DNA of 57,390 nt from Octopus bimaculoides (Eukaryota). The position numbers and the translations under genes are program-made. The stretch lies in NCBI RefSeq assembly GCF_001194135.2, contig NC_068981.1, positions 129,476,036 to 129,533,425 of the forward strand. Reading direction: 5' to 3'. The notes beneath the pieces are model-generated. The model was not told the origin of the DNA, did no database searches, and saw nothing but the letters and a program-made list of their open reading frames with translations. Positions 26,504 through 38,879 of this stretch are shown here, piece after piece (the first letter of the stretch is position 1; every line of letters starts with the position of its first letter).

Positions 26504-28274
26504 ACAGGTCAGACGCTAAACTATAAATTTCACAGGGAACAACCTTAAAGTTGACACTGCTCTGCTAAATGCAGAAAATTTCTGTCTCACTATTGGCTAA
26601 AAATACCCAGTTTTTTTTATTTTTAGACCTCTGTAACTTTTCTCTCCAATTTTTTTCTCCACAACATCATATCTTCAAAATAATGAAACTGGAAGGCTAC
26701 ATTATTATAGCCAATTTTCAGATTTTTTACTTCCTTTTAAAAAATGCATATTTTGCAAATGAAAAAACTGGATCCGCAATTTTAACTGTTGAATTATATA
26801 TGTACTTTAAATATAATTCAAAACAAATACAATTCCCCATTATTCGAAAAATCTGTTCTTCGCATTTTTGTGTGTAGACCCTTCAAGAAGCATAAATCTT
26901 AAAAGTATTTCTCTTTTTTTTTTAAGATGGAGGGATATGGTTCTTGTCTATTTAATATCCTTCCATTTCAGTAATGTAGCATTTTACAATTGTCATGCTG
27001 AAGTGACTTAGTTACCTTTCACATGAAATTAGTGTGAAAAAAACTGGTAATCCGTCTACTTGAGCCAACTCTATAGTTTATATTCCATTCATCCCGAGTC
27101 ATTTCCTCACCTATCTTTGTCTTTTGTTTTCCCTCATATGGTAGTTGATTTCATTTTCATGTTCGATCGTACATGATTCACCCATCTACCCATTTTCTAC
27201 CAAGGGTTAACTGTTCATGTGATAATTCTAGAAAATTCCTGCCACAATGGCTTTATAAGAAGCCGTTTTGGGGCTTTTAATCAAGAGTTCAACTTCCCTA
27301 GCTTCAGTCATGATAATTCTACACTTAAACTGTTTTTAAGGCTTCATTTTCAAACCAGTGCAATTCCTCCTAATAGCTACTTTCACAGCTAATTGCCAAC
27401 TCGGAGATGATGAAAAAAAAATCAACATCATACATTTTTACAGCAATGTGCCAATCAGTTTAACCATTAAGGTTTCAACCCCTCTACATATGTTCTTATA
27501 ATTTGACTTTGTTTTTCATGAAACCCTGTACAATTGCAGCAATAAATATGTATATAAATTGCTACCAAGTCTTGTCATAACTACTTGCTACACAGTTGTT
27601 TTTAGAAAATGTATATTATTTACTATTACTGATGACAGGTTTAACTGTTGGACTGTTCTTGTCTCTATTTACTAATAATTATGTCTAATCTCAGTTGGGT
27701 ATAAGAACAATAATTAGTCATAAAGATGTTCTAAGATTATGTATATATCTCTAGACAACACCATTTTTTGTGCCTGGCCTTGGAGTGTTAACATGTCTCA
27801 AGAAACCCCAAGTGACATTAGATTTTCCAAAATGAGACACTTGGCCATATCACCCTTAAAATATTTTCTTAAACCATAACTAAAATTATCATTTGAAGGG
27901 CTACTTTTCAATGCTGGTATATGTTAGACAAGGCACTGTGGCAGTATCCCATGATTGGATACCCCTTCCTGTTACCAACCCCACTTTTAAAATTTTTATT
28001 TCAAGTACTATTTTTATTCCAGGTTGAACCATTAAGCTGTGGGAAATGCAAACAATTCTCATTGTTACCCACCTCCTGGGGTCAATGTGAAAATATGAAC
28101 ACACACATATACAACTTCTGCAAGCACACAAAAGTTGACATTAAAATGATATACATATATACATGCATGGTGTTTGGGCTGAATTTGACAGTTTGCATAA
28201 AAAGAAAAGGAAACAACATCCCATCTAAAAATTTTTAAAATAGCAATTAGATTATGGCTGGGAGATAATAGTTG

Positions 28275-28870
28275 ACTCAAAGTAGCCACTCACAGCTTCC
28301 ATCATAGCCTCAAGATTGCTCTGGAACTTTGCACATGCATTCCTCACTGTGTCCCTGGGAAGATCTTTGACCTTAACCACCAGCTTGGTGTTGCAGGAAG
28401 AGCAGCTGGCATCTTTCTCAACCATGCTTCACATACAGTAATCCATGGGATTACAATTGGAAGAATTAGGCTAGAAATTGGGGATGGTGAAGATGTAGAA
28501 ATTCTCCAACAACCACCTCTGACTTTTTGTGGAGGTATGGCAAAGGGCTGAATCTTACTATCATACATATGGCCTTCCAACAGTAACTCTCTCCAGCCAA
28601 GGTTTGACCAGAATCTCCACATAACCATCTGGATTGGGTCTAAGGCCCTGTTTAAAGATGTGAGGTGGCATGATGTCTCACTGGGGACACATCCAAAGAT
28701 CATCACAGTACGGGGGAACTTGGTTTTCACAATGTCCATGTCTTACAGCCTTTACAGTATTCACAGAGCATCGAGCAGCAGCTGTGATGTTAGCATTTTG
28801 ATACCTGATACGAATCATCATGATACAGGTAACTCTTTTTCAATATTCAGATGACTTCCAATCTTCCATG
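28275..28870 (-). mobile_element. Degenerate, internally deleted Tc1/mariner transposase
   Basis: Reads VKTKFPRTVMIFG, a WPP-SPD-NP-like segment out of frame, and a C-terminal NACAKFQSNLEAMMEAVSGYFE. Confidence 0.75.
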
Positions 28871-30892
28871 TCAGTTAACTTTTTCTAAACTACAACTCTA
28901 ATATTTATGCTCTCCACTGTTGTTGACTGTCCACCAATACAAGCTGTTCCTGAAAAACGAAGGCATTAAAAAAATCGTCAAATTTAGCCTGAACACTCAG
29001 TATAAACTACAGGCGCCACCATGTACATAAGTAAGAGCCACACTCCTTTGAGATCTGCAATAGGACATGTGGGTCAGCAGCAATCCTTAAAAGCCACCTT
29101 CAAGCCCATGACAAGAAGACTCTACAATGGTAAATAGAAAAATGATGGAAGTTCAAGATGTAATACTTGGTGATGATGAGCTTCCATATAGTTTCCTTTA
29201 ATTACCAAATTTCACTCACAGAGCACTGGTCAGCCCAAGGTTGTAGAAGAAACTTACCCAAGGTGCCATGTAATGAAATTACATTTGAAACCATGTAATT
29301 GTGAAGCAAACTTTGTAACTACACAGCCACAACTGGATCTAGTTTAAAATACAGTTTTGGTTGATTAAAGGTCAGGTGACAAACCTTGCTAAGATATTTA
29401 AAAAAAATGTTCTTGTTATTCTCTGAGGATAAACTGGTGACATAATATAATAAAGTATATATTTTAATCCTTTACTGCACTCTTAAAATATGGTGGGTAA
29501 TTTAGATAAGATAAGAAATACTTCCAAAAACATCCCTTATTAGTTGTATGTTTTGTCATCATTTAGCATCTGCTTTCTATGCTGGCATTGATTAGATGGT
29601 CTGACTGGAACTGGTAAGCTGGAGAGCTGTGCCAGTTTCCAGTCTGGTTTGGCTTGGTTTCTATGGCTGGATGCTCTTCTTAAGGCCTACCACTCCAAGA
29701 GTGTAGTGGGTATCTGTTACATGTCAATGGTAGTGGCCCTGACTACGATTTCACTTGGCTTGACATGTCTTCTTAAGCACAGCAAAAATCCAAAGAACAT
29801 GATCACTTGTCATTGCCTCCATGAGACTCAACATCTGAAGATCATGCTTCACCGCCTCGTCCTGTCTTCTTTGGTCTACTTCTTCCACAGGTTCCTGCCG
29901 TAGTTAGAGACCAACACACTCCTTCCACAGAGATTGACACAAATGAAATAAGTTACTGTTGTTGATAATGTTAGTTATGGAATACACTGTGTATGTTTCT
30001 GGTTTGCAGTGTCCAACAAAAAGTTTGATGTTAATAGATAACTTTTCTACAATCCTTCAAGTTAGCTTTAGTGGTGCTGCTCTTGGAATCAGTTCAAAAG
30101 GAAAAGATTTCAGGTTTTAAATTCATAGGGAAGTGGGTATGTCCTTGCTTATGCCATGTTGGTATTTAATGCTGCCAAACCTACTACTACTACCTATTCC
30201 TCTCATAATAGAAATAGGTAGGAGCATAATACTGTGTACCTCCAACAAGTTAAGTATATCCCAAAATTAGTTGGAACCATTCTTCATACTCTCATTTCTT
30301 ACCCATAGGCTGTTTCTCAAGTTTCAGAGCTGTTATAAATAAAACTAATCATGCCACTAACTTTGGTGGTGACTGTGTCAATGCTATTTTGAACAATTCA
30401 CAGTAAGTCTTTAACTTTTAAATCCAATGTATCAGGTTTGATTAAAATGTTTGCAGCTGTGACTTACAATGAGATTGCATGTCTTGGCTATTTGGATTGT
30501 ATTGTCTGAAATTAATACTCATCTGCAATTTAAAATATTTACATAAATTGCTGGCAAAAAATACATTTCACAAAATGAAAATAAGACAATACCAGTTATG
30601 AAAATTTAAGCATTTTGATAAGGTTTTATCTCAATAGTATTTATATCTTTTATACATGTAAAATGTTTATAAATTTATGACAGTTTCGCTTTTATTGAAA
30701 GACAGTTTTATTCTTTTATACAGATTTTTGGAGATCAATTTCATCAATATCTTTCCAGAATTCTGATAAAGTGGTTGCGTTAAAAAAAATAAAACAAAAT
30801 TATATTTTTATTTTCAAAAGTTAATGTGAACAAATAGAAAATAAAATTTCACTATTTTAAAAAAAGTGCCACCTCTTGTTGGCTGGTACTGT

Positions 30893-30961
30893 AAGTCTGG
30901 ACAATTGCATGAGAAGTCAAAGAAGGGAAATTATGGTCAGGTGTCTTTACTAACATCAACA
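30893..30961. repeat. 69-bp inverted repeat, arm downstream of the EEA1 stop codon
   Basis: 67/69 identical to the reverse complement of 33028-33096. Confidence 0.95.
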
Positions 30962-32230
30962 ATTCCTCTATAAACAGTAAATAGCAGAGTCCTGTGTCTT
31001 ATTTAACGTTAAACATACAAGTGTGAATTAGCAGTAGTATTTCAGTTTACAGTTTGGTAAACAGAGACAGAATTATGTGTCTTGCTTAACATCACTTACA
31101 TAAATGTAAATGTGGTGGAAGTTCTAAATTTTACAGTTGCATAACTCTGAACAGACTTGAAGAGTTTAAACCTTTTAATACAAACCCACTTGAGACTGCC
31201 CTTACTAAAGTATTTCTATTTAAATTGAAATCTCACTCACAATCTCATCACAACATGAATAACATTGTAAGATTTCAGTTAGTCAACACTAGTATATCTA
31301 TAAATTTAGATATTTTTTTAAGTCCTTCCAAAAACTTGATTATACAGAGAATTAACTGAAACATACAGGCAGTCTGTTCAGTAAAAATATATCTATGAAA
31401 GGGTTAAAAGTCAAAATATTATAGTTTGCACTCAGGATTTTTGGCACGAAAACTTAGCACTTAAACTACATAGTTGAAACATTGATAACAAGTATTTAAC
31501 ATTGTTATTCTAGAAAGAAGACAATGATATTGGCACAGAAGATACAATAATTGTCTAGATGCATTATGGTATAGTAATTGCATGCATCTATTTTCTGAAG
31601 TCAAATCCTGGGGAAATTACATTGTATGTTAAATGTACAAGTTATCTTTTGATATCAGGTTAATCTCCTATATCTTTCCCTCAACCAAAATAGTGTGGTG
31701 CTTTACCCACTCACTCAAGTATTCTTTCAGAATAGCTTTCAGACTAGCTCATTAGGTTCATTAGTCAAAGTTAAGCAGCATGTATTAATTAAACCACATG
31801 CACGCACACACACACACACTAAATATAATTTCCTTTGAAATAGATATATCACTGAAGAGGGAAAATAAGACTCACATGAGTACATGGAAACATCTAGGAA
31901 GATGTAAAAGTAATACTGAAGAAAATGTCAAACTTCTTAATAATAAAATCTGAATGAAAAATGATCAACAGGATTGAATCTACATTTTTTAAATGAACAA
32001 TTTTTGTAACAGAATTTACTTGAAAGAGGTTGTGTGATTATCTTTACTGTAACTAAGTAACATTAGCAGCCATCTATAATTTAGTATTATGGTAAATCAT
32101 GCAAGGTAAAGAGTCTTTATTGAATTCATTCATCTCTTCAACAACTGAAAATATATTTTTGTGAAAGTTAAAGATAAGACACATATCATTCCAGAGTTGC
32201 AGTGTAAAATAGCTAATCTGATGGATTTGA

Positions 32231-32359
32231 TCATTTGCCATCCTGAAGTTCCTTGTAGCAATTATCACAGACACGGACTGGATTTTTAGATGATACAATT
32301 GATGACTGTTTTGTGGAACATTCATTACAGAAAATATTGCCACAGTTTCTGCAGTGATG
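32231..32359 (-). CDS. EEA1: EEA1 terminal coding exon, [42 protein letters not shown]
   Basis: Acceptor ttttaatttatttcacag. Completes R(R/K)HHCR and RVC, the canonical FYVE PI3P-binding motifs. TGA at 32233-32231. Confidence 0.97.
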   Translation of the reverse strand, partial: HHCRNCGNIFCNECSTKQSSIVSSKNPVRVCDNCYKELQDGK

Positions 32360-33027
32360 CTGTGAAATAAATTAAAAAAGAAAAAAAAAATGAAGTGTAT
32401 ATTAAAATGCATTTGATAGTAATCAATATATGGTTGTGGGGAAAGAATTAGACATATTTAATGCAACAAAACAAACAACAGTAGCATTAGACATAATTAA
32501 CGCAACAGAATAAACAATAGTAACATTCCAATTCAAAAACAAAGAAATCCCAATGATGTGCTATTTCAGATAAGCTATTTCTTCAAGTATAAATAATACC
32601 TTCTTGGTTAAGCCACAGCAGATAAGTCTTGGACTACTGTCTAAGACAGTAAAATATAACACTTTGATTCAATGCTTAAGGATAACAATTAACTCCAAGA
32701 AGTGAACAGCTAAAATTCTAATATGAAAGATATTAAAAATACTACATTTAGTTAGAACAAAAGGTTCTCGGATAAAATTTGAATGACATCTCTAACTCTT
32801 GTATGTATCTGGTGGAGCAGGACATGCACTGGTCACCTGCATAGGAAATGTGGTAGTGCAGGAGGGTGTCATACCCAACAACTGGCATAACTTCACATTT
32901 AACTGCTACAAGGATAAAAGAAATAGGTTTGAGAGAGGAAATTAGATGGATATTAAATGTTGGATCAGGTTATGAAAGTTACAGAAAGAATTATCGTACA
33001 ACTGATTAGGAAGTGAATCAACACAGA

Positions 33028-33096
33028 TGTTGATGTTTGTAAAGACACCTGACCATAATTTCCCTTTTTTGACTTCTCATGCAATTGTCCAGACTT
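33028..33096. repeat. 69-bp inverted repeat, arm in the last EEA1 intron
   Basis: 67/69 identical to the reverse complement of 30893-30961. Confidence 0.95.
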
Positions 33097-33469
33097 CCAG
33101 ATATAATGAGGGCTCCTGTATGCTGATGAACTAGGTGTTATAGCTGAATCTGTAGTAGGATTAGGAAATTCCAGTAATAGAAACATCTAGAGTCAAGAGG
33201 ACTCAAACTTAGCAAAAACTAAAGAATTATTGAATAGGAGATAAAAGAAGATCTTGTTACCATCAGGGAGTGATCCTGTTTGATGTAGAAGAGATGTTGG
33301 TAGAAATTCTGTACAGTTTATTCAGTGTGAACTATGGGTGCATAAGAGATGAAGCAGGATAATAAACTGGCTAACAGAGGAAGTAACTGCGTATGTGGCA
33401 ATGCATGGGACAATAAGAGCATATGTGAAATGAAACTCTCTCCAATGCCTAGGCAACTTTCTAGAGGCA

Positions 33470-34125
33470 GTTGACAGCTTCTGTTACTTAGGGGGTCTAA
33501 TTATCAGTTGGGATGAATGTTCAGAAAGCATAATAGCCAGAGAAAGAACTAGTTGCAAAAAGTTCAGGGAACCATTATATCTGCTGGCAACAAAAGGCAG
33601 AGTGAAGAGCAGATTGTATGATGCTTGTGGATGAAGTGCAATGTTATAATGGTAGTGAAACATGGGCCTTGAATGCAGAGGGTTTGCTAAAACTAGAAAG
33701 AGATGAAGTGAGCCTGCTCCACTAGATGTATAACACAAGTATGCATGCATGATGGAGAAAGATAGCAGCTTAAAGAAATGCTCAAAGAGATCAGATTATG
33801 TAGAATAGGGTAAATGAGGGAGACTTGAGTTGAAGTGGCAAAAATAGATCATAAAACAGCTGAAAAGGACCATGCTGACTGGTGACACACTGTACGAGGA
33901 AAAGATGCGACGATCTCTCTCTAGTACTGGTACCAAGAAAAATTCACTCAGTACATCCTGTAATGTGATTTATGCGAGGAAGGGCATGCAGTCATGGAAA
34001 CTAAGCCAAAACGAAACTTATGAGAGCGATGCTGTTCTTTGGTCCCACTAGGAGAACAGCAGTAACCTGTCTAACCCACACCAGAATAGAAAGTGGACAT
34101 AAAATGATGATGATGATGATGATGG
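33470..34125 (+). mobile_element. 5'-truncated RTE-clade LINE in the last EEA1 intron, antisense to the host gene
   Basis: Reads VDSFCYLG...KFREPL...LYDAC...GSETWALN...LERDE, typical of the RTE reverse-transcriptase C-terminus; (GAT)n tail at about 34105-34123. Confidence 0.8.
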
Positions 34126-35131
34126 TGTGCGTGCGTGTGTGTGTGTCTCTCTCTCTCTTTTATCTTTTACTTGTTTCAGGTATTAGACTGTAGCGATGCT
34201 GAGGCACCACCTTGAGTTTGTAGTTGAATGAATCAACCCCAATACTTACTTTTTAAACCTGGTTCTTTTGCTGAACTGCTAAGCTACACACACACAAATG
34301 CATCTGGGTATGTATATATAACATTAGATTGTATTCTTATTCCTAACATTACAACATTTTTGAACTACATATTCAGCATATCAAATTGATAGAATCACCG
34401 GGCTTCTAGAAAATGACATAGATGTACATTATACAATAGTATCATTGTGCTTGCATTTTTATTATTATATCTTAAGTCAAATAATTTCAAATCTCTAATT
34501 TTAAGTCTTTCGTAGTTTCCATTAAGCTTATATTAGTTGTTTCCGCTGTACCATACCTTATAAGGTATTTCTAGCACATCTCATATTTAATTTGTTTCAA
34601 ATTTTGGCACAAGGCCAGCAGTGTTTTGGAGAAGGGGAATTAGTTGATTACATCAATCCCAGTACTTGACTGGTACTTTATTTTATCAACTCTAAATAAA
34701 AAAAAAAGGATGAAAGGCAAAGTTAACTTATGCAGGATTTGAACTTGGAACATAAAGAGCAAGAAGAAATGTAGCTAAGGATTTTTTCTGATGAGTTAAT
34801 GATTCTGACAACAGGACAATACAGTGTAGGATTACATAAATGTGTGTAAAAAGACAAAAAATTGGAAAAGCAAATTCAAACAAAATAATTACCCAAAAAG
34901 TGATGAAACTTCCAAGGGCTGTATGTGGAAACCCCACAAAACCAGTTACACTGCCCACTTAGGCAAGTACCCTACCTCAGTTGTTCTCCAAATAACTCAT
35001 CTTTTGAACTGATATATTTAAAAAAAATTTCCTAATTATATTTTTGGTGCTTCCTAAATTTACAGAATAGATAACATCATTCTCTCATCTACATGTATTT
35101 TCCCTCATTTCAATATCTATATGTATTTTAA

Positions 35132-35345
35132 GGTGGCAGGCTGGCAGATTCGTTAACATGCTGGGCTAAATGCTTAGTGGCATTTTGTATGTTGTTATAT
35201 TGTGAGTTCAAATTCCACTGAGGTCAACTTTACTTTTCATCCTTTCAGGGTCAATAAAATAAGTACCAGTTGAGCACTGGGGGTAATGTAATTGACTTAT
35301 CCCTTCCCTGATATTGCTGGCCTTGTGCCAAAATGTGAAACCAAT
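35132..35345 (+). mobile_element. tRNA-headed SINE with a gtcaactt...ttcatcctttc...taaaataagtaccag core
   Basis: B-box gagttcaaattcc. Related copies at about 2030-2190 (-), 9330-9515 (-), 34600-34810 (-), 40030-40225 (+) and 54600-54760 (-). Confidence 0.7.
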
Positions 35346-35984
35346 GACTATATATACTTTATCTTATACCAATATCAATGTCATTATCCACTCCACATCT
35401 TATACACTCCTATCACACACACTAATAGATTGGTAATAAATTTCAATATCTTATCAAAGAATGTGAACAAGTTGAAAGGTAAAAACTTAGAATCAGTGTT
35501 CAACATTTCAGTCAAAATACATAAAGATATATCGTAATATACAAGAATGAATTTTCCAAGTTGTCAACCAGTCTTGCACCCAGGTATCTGAAATTTTGAA
35601 TCAGGGTACATCTTTTGGAAGAGAAGGCCATAGGCTATGTGACTTTTTCTGATATTTTCTATAAATAAGTGTGACAAGGCTTGCCCCTTAAATTATAGAA
35701 ACAGGCTGTTTGTCAGGTTTCCACATGATTTCCATTTCCCCAGTTTTATTTATGAGGTTTAGGTTGACATGCTGTGGGATTAAACCTGAGGCCTCATGAT
35801 GCAGAGTGATCTTCTTAACTGCTCAGCCATGTCCATTTATACACACACACACATATAGATATCCACACACATACATACAGGATATGACAGGCAAAGCTGG
35901 TGTTTTTTTTTTAATGAATATAATGTTGATAAATATATATTAGAACAATGTATGCCATTAATAAAATAAGTAGGTGTAGATCGC

Positions 35985-36589
35985 TGCCGGTGCCCCTAGA
36001 CTGGCTCATGTGCGGGTGACACATGAAATGTTTCGAGCGGGATCGTTTGCCAGTGCCCCCGGGACTGGCTCATGTGCGGGCGACACATGATATCTTTCGA
36101 GCGGGATCGTTTGCCAGTGCCCGCGGACTGGCTCATGTGCGGGCGACNNNNNNNNNNNNNNNNNNNNNNNNNNNNNNNNNNNNNNNNNNNNNNNNNNNNN
36201 NNNNNNNNNNNNNNNNNNNNNNNNNNNNNNNNNNNNNNNNNNNNNNNNNNNNNNNNNNNNNNNNNNNNNNNNNNNNNNNNNNNNNNNNNNNNNNNNNNNN
36301 NNNNNNNNNNNNNNNNNNNNNNNNNNNNNNNNNNNNNNNNNNNNNNNNNNNNNNNNNNATAAAAGACACCATTTCGAGCGTGGCCGTTTTCGTGCGGGTG
36401 ACACGTAAAAGCACCCACTACACTCTCTGAGTGGTTGGCGTTAGGAAGGGCATCCAGCTGTAGAAACTCTGCCAAATTAGATTGGAGCCTGGTGTTGCCA
36501 TCCGGTTTCACCAGTCCTCAGTCAAATCGTCCAACCCATGCGAGCATGGAAGGCGGACGTTAAACGATGATGATGATGATGATGATGAT
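35985..36589 (+). mobile_element. RTE-LINE-tail repeat with internal ~63-bp minisatellite and (GAT)n tail
   Basis: Conserved 3' block aaaagcacccactacactct...ttaggaagggcatccagctgtagaaac...ccaacccatgc...ttaaacgatgatgat. Confidence 0.8.
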
Positions 36590-36981
36590 AGCTGTGTGAT
36601 AAGCAGCTTGCTTCCCAACCATATGGTTCTGATTTCAGTTTCACTGCATAGCACTCCGGACTAGTGTCTTTTACTATAGCCTCAGACTGACCAAAGCTTT
36701 GTGAGTGGATTTGGTACATGGAAACTGAAAGAAGTTCATTGTATGTATATGTATATGTGTGTGTGTGTGTGTGCATTTGTGTCTGTGTTTACCCCTTCAT
36801 CACCACGTGACAACCAATGTTGGTGTGTTTATGACCCTGTAACCTAGCAGTTTGGCAAAAGAGACCAATAGAATAAGTACCAGGCTTCAAAAAATAAGTC
36901 CTGGAATTGATTTGTTTGACTGAAGTCCTTCAAGGTGGTGCCCCAGCATAGCTGCAGTCTAATGACTGAAACAAGTAAAAG
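36590..36981 (+). mobile_element. Same SINE family, abutting a (GAT)n tail
   Basis: Head gctgtgtgataagcagcttgcttcccaacc; tail gactgaaacaagtaaaag. Confidence 0.8.
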
Positions 36982-38780
36982 GTACATAAGTAACTGTTTT
37001 AATCTTGAAAATAATGTCATCTGACTGTTTTGCCTTTTTTCCTACATATACTTGTAGTGTAACCTGGAAGTTCTGTCTGGTACTTTGCACCATGGCTTGT
37101 GGTTTTGCTATAATTGCTTTCTGAATAGCAGTTTGTATTTCATCCTGAGTGTGGGGTTGTGATTGTTTCCTTTGGGACTACCTCAATGTGCTCAATATAA
37201 ATACATTGAAGTAGTACCAAAGCAACCAATCACAAACTGAAAGGTCAAATGATCAAGCAGGCAAAAGTATGTCACTGCACTGGGAAATAACCTAGCAAGC
37301 ATTTCTTCATTAACATCCACTGAAGCACTTGCTTCTATCATTAATGAATTTCTCACTCTCTATCTTTTTCTATCATCCACTTATTTTATCATGTTACCTC
37401 TCTAATTCTCCCCTTTTCTAGTGTGGAGATCTATCTTTTTCTTTCTACTTCTTTATTATTCTTTCTTCTATACCTCCCTATATCTCACTGTTTGCTTGTC
37501 TCAATACCTGCCTGACTTGCTGATTGACTGCTAGTTATTTATTTTCTCTCCCTCCCACTTTGGTCAATAATTTACCTATCTAATACTTGTCTCTTAATTC
37601 AGTTATTTCTTGTATTTCTTTGATAATAATAATATCCCAATGCTGATAGGCATGAATGCCTAAAAATTATCGCATATTCCCATTCCTCTGAATTTTGTAT
37701 TATCCTTTCTGTAGAAAGACTATGATGTAAACTTATCACTTTTCCCTATATTTTCCTTGTATTTTGGTACAAATCCCTTCTGTTTTAATCATATAAAAAC
37801 TTTTTGTCTTTTATTCATTGTTCATTTGCATCACATGATCATTCAAAGGACAGCATTTCTCCTGCACATATATACTGGGTATTTTCACAACTAGCTACTC
37901 TCTCAGCACACTTTTATACTTCCATTCCCCAAAATTCTTATCTCCCTGTCTCTATAAGAAATTATTATTATTCATGTATTGTGTGTAGGTGTGTACACTT
38001 ACCTAGACATCATGTAATGTTGTAAATGAGCATCATTGTTTATAAGTGAGTTTGTTCATTTCCAGTCTTTCATGAAAAACATGTATAGCTATGGGAAAAT
38101 AATACTTTGCTTGGAAAAGGTGAGGGTTGGCAATGGAAGGGCATATGAAAATCTGCTTCAACAAATTCCATCTCATCCATGCAATCATAGGATAGTAGAT
38201 GCTAAATAATGATTATAATGATGATGACGTAGTACACTGGTATTGATTATATTTCCATCTTTTAGAACAAACTGTTACTAGGGATGGAACTTTTTGAAAT
38301 TGTTTCAAGAAAAAAACCAAATATTTGTGGTAATATCTTTTGGACTTTCAGTTTTAGAATAGAAGTAATACTTTCCACTGGGATTTAGATAAGAGCTGGA
38401 AAGGGTCATCATTAGCTTCTTATAATGTCTATCTTCCATGCTGGCATGGGTTGGATAGCTTGATAGGATCTGTGGGTGGAGGACTACATTGGGCTCCAAT
38501 ACCCACCTTGGCATAATTTCTATAGCTGGAAGCCCCTCTTAATGTTAACCACTTTATAGGATATGTTGGGTGCTTTTCTCATGGCCACAGCTCTAGTAAG
38601 GTCACTGTACAGCTCATAAGGAGATTTTAGGTTAAAGAAGGTGGACAGTGTCCTTATAAAAACCAAACCAAAACAGAAAACAAGTTTATGTTTAAAATCA
38701 ATATGCATATGAAGAAATTCTTGACAACAATTGATAGAAGTTTACAGTTAAACATATTAATAGACAAAATATCTACTTAC

Positions 38781-38879
38781 TTTCCGAATAGTCACAGAAA
38801 AATATTTGGCACAACCCATACATTCAGTCACTTGACTATCATCGGTCCATTTTCGACTCTGTACTTTGGTTGTCATAAT
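38781..38879 (-). CDS. EEA1: EEA1 FYVE domain exon 1, IMTTKVQSRKWTDDSQVTECMGCAKYFSVTIRK
   Basis: Acceptor ctctatttctttag, donor GTAAGT, 99 nt; contains the FYVE WxxD motif and first CxxC. Confidence 0.96.

Noticed and set aside
27921-28238. Plus-strand ORF with an acceptor-like tttttattccag and a CGKC motif
   Set aside because: No donor, no partner exons and no recognisable domain.
36000-36147. Regular ~63-bp repeats that could suggest a CRISPR array or a repeat protein
   Set aside because: The units are contiguous with no unique spacers, sit inside a retroelement tail, and are in eukaryotic DNA with no cas genes.
37060-37200. Minus-strand segment TQDEIQTAIQKAIIAKPQAMVQSTRQNFQVTLQ resembling a Tc1/mariner C-terminus
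   Set aside because: Too short and diverged to support, with no TIRs or upstream catalytic motifs seen.
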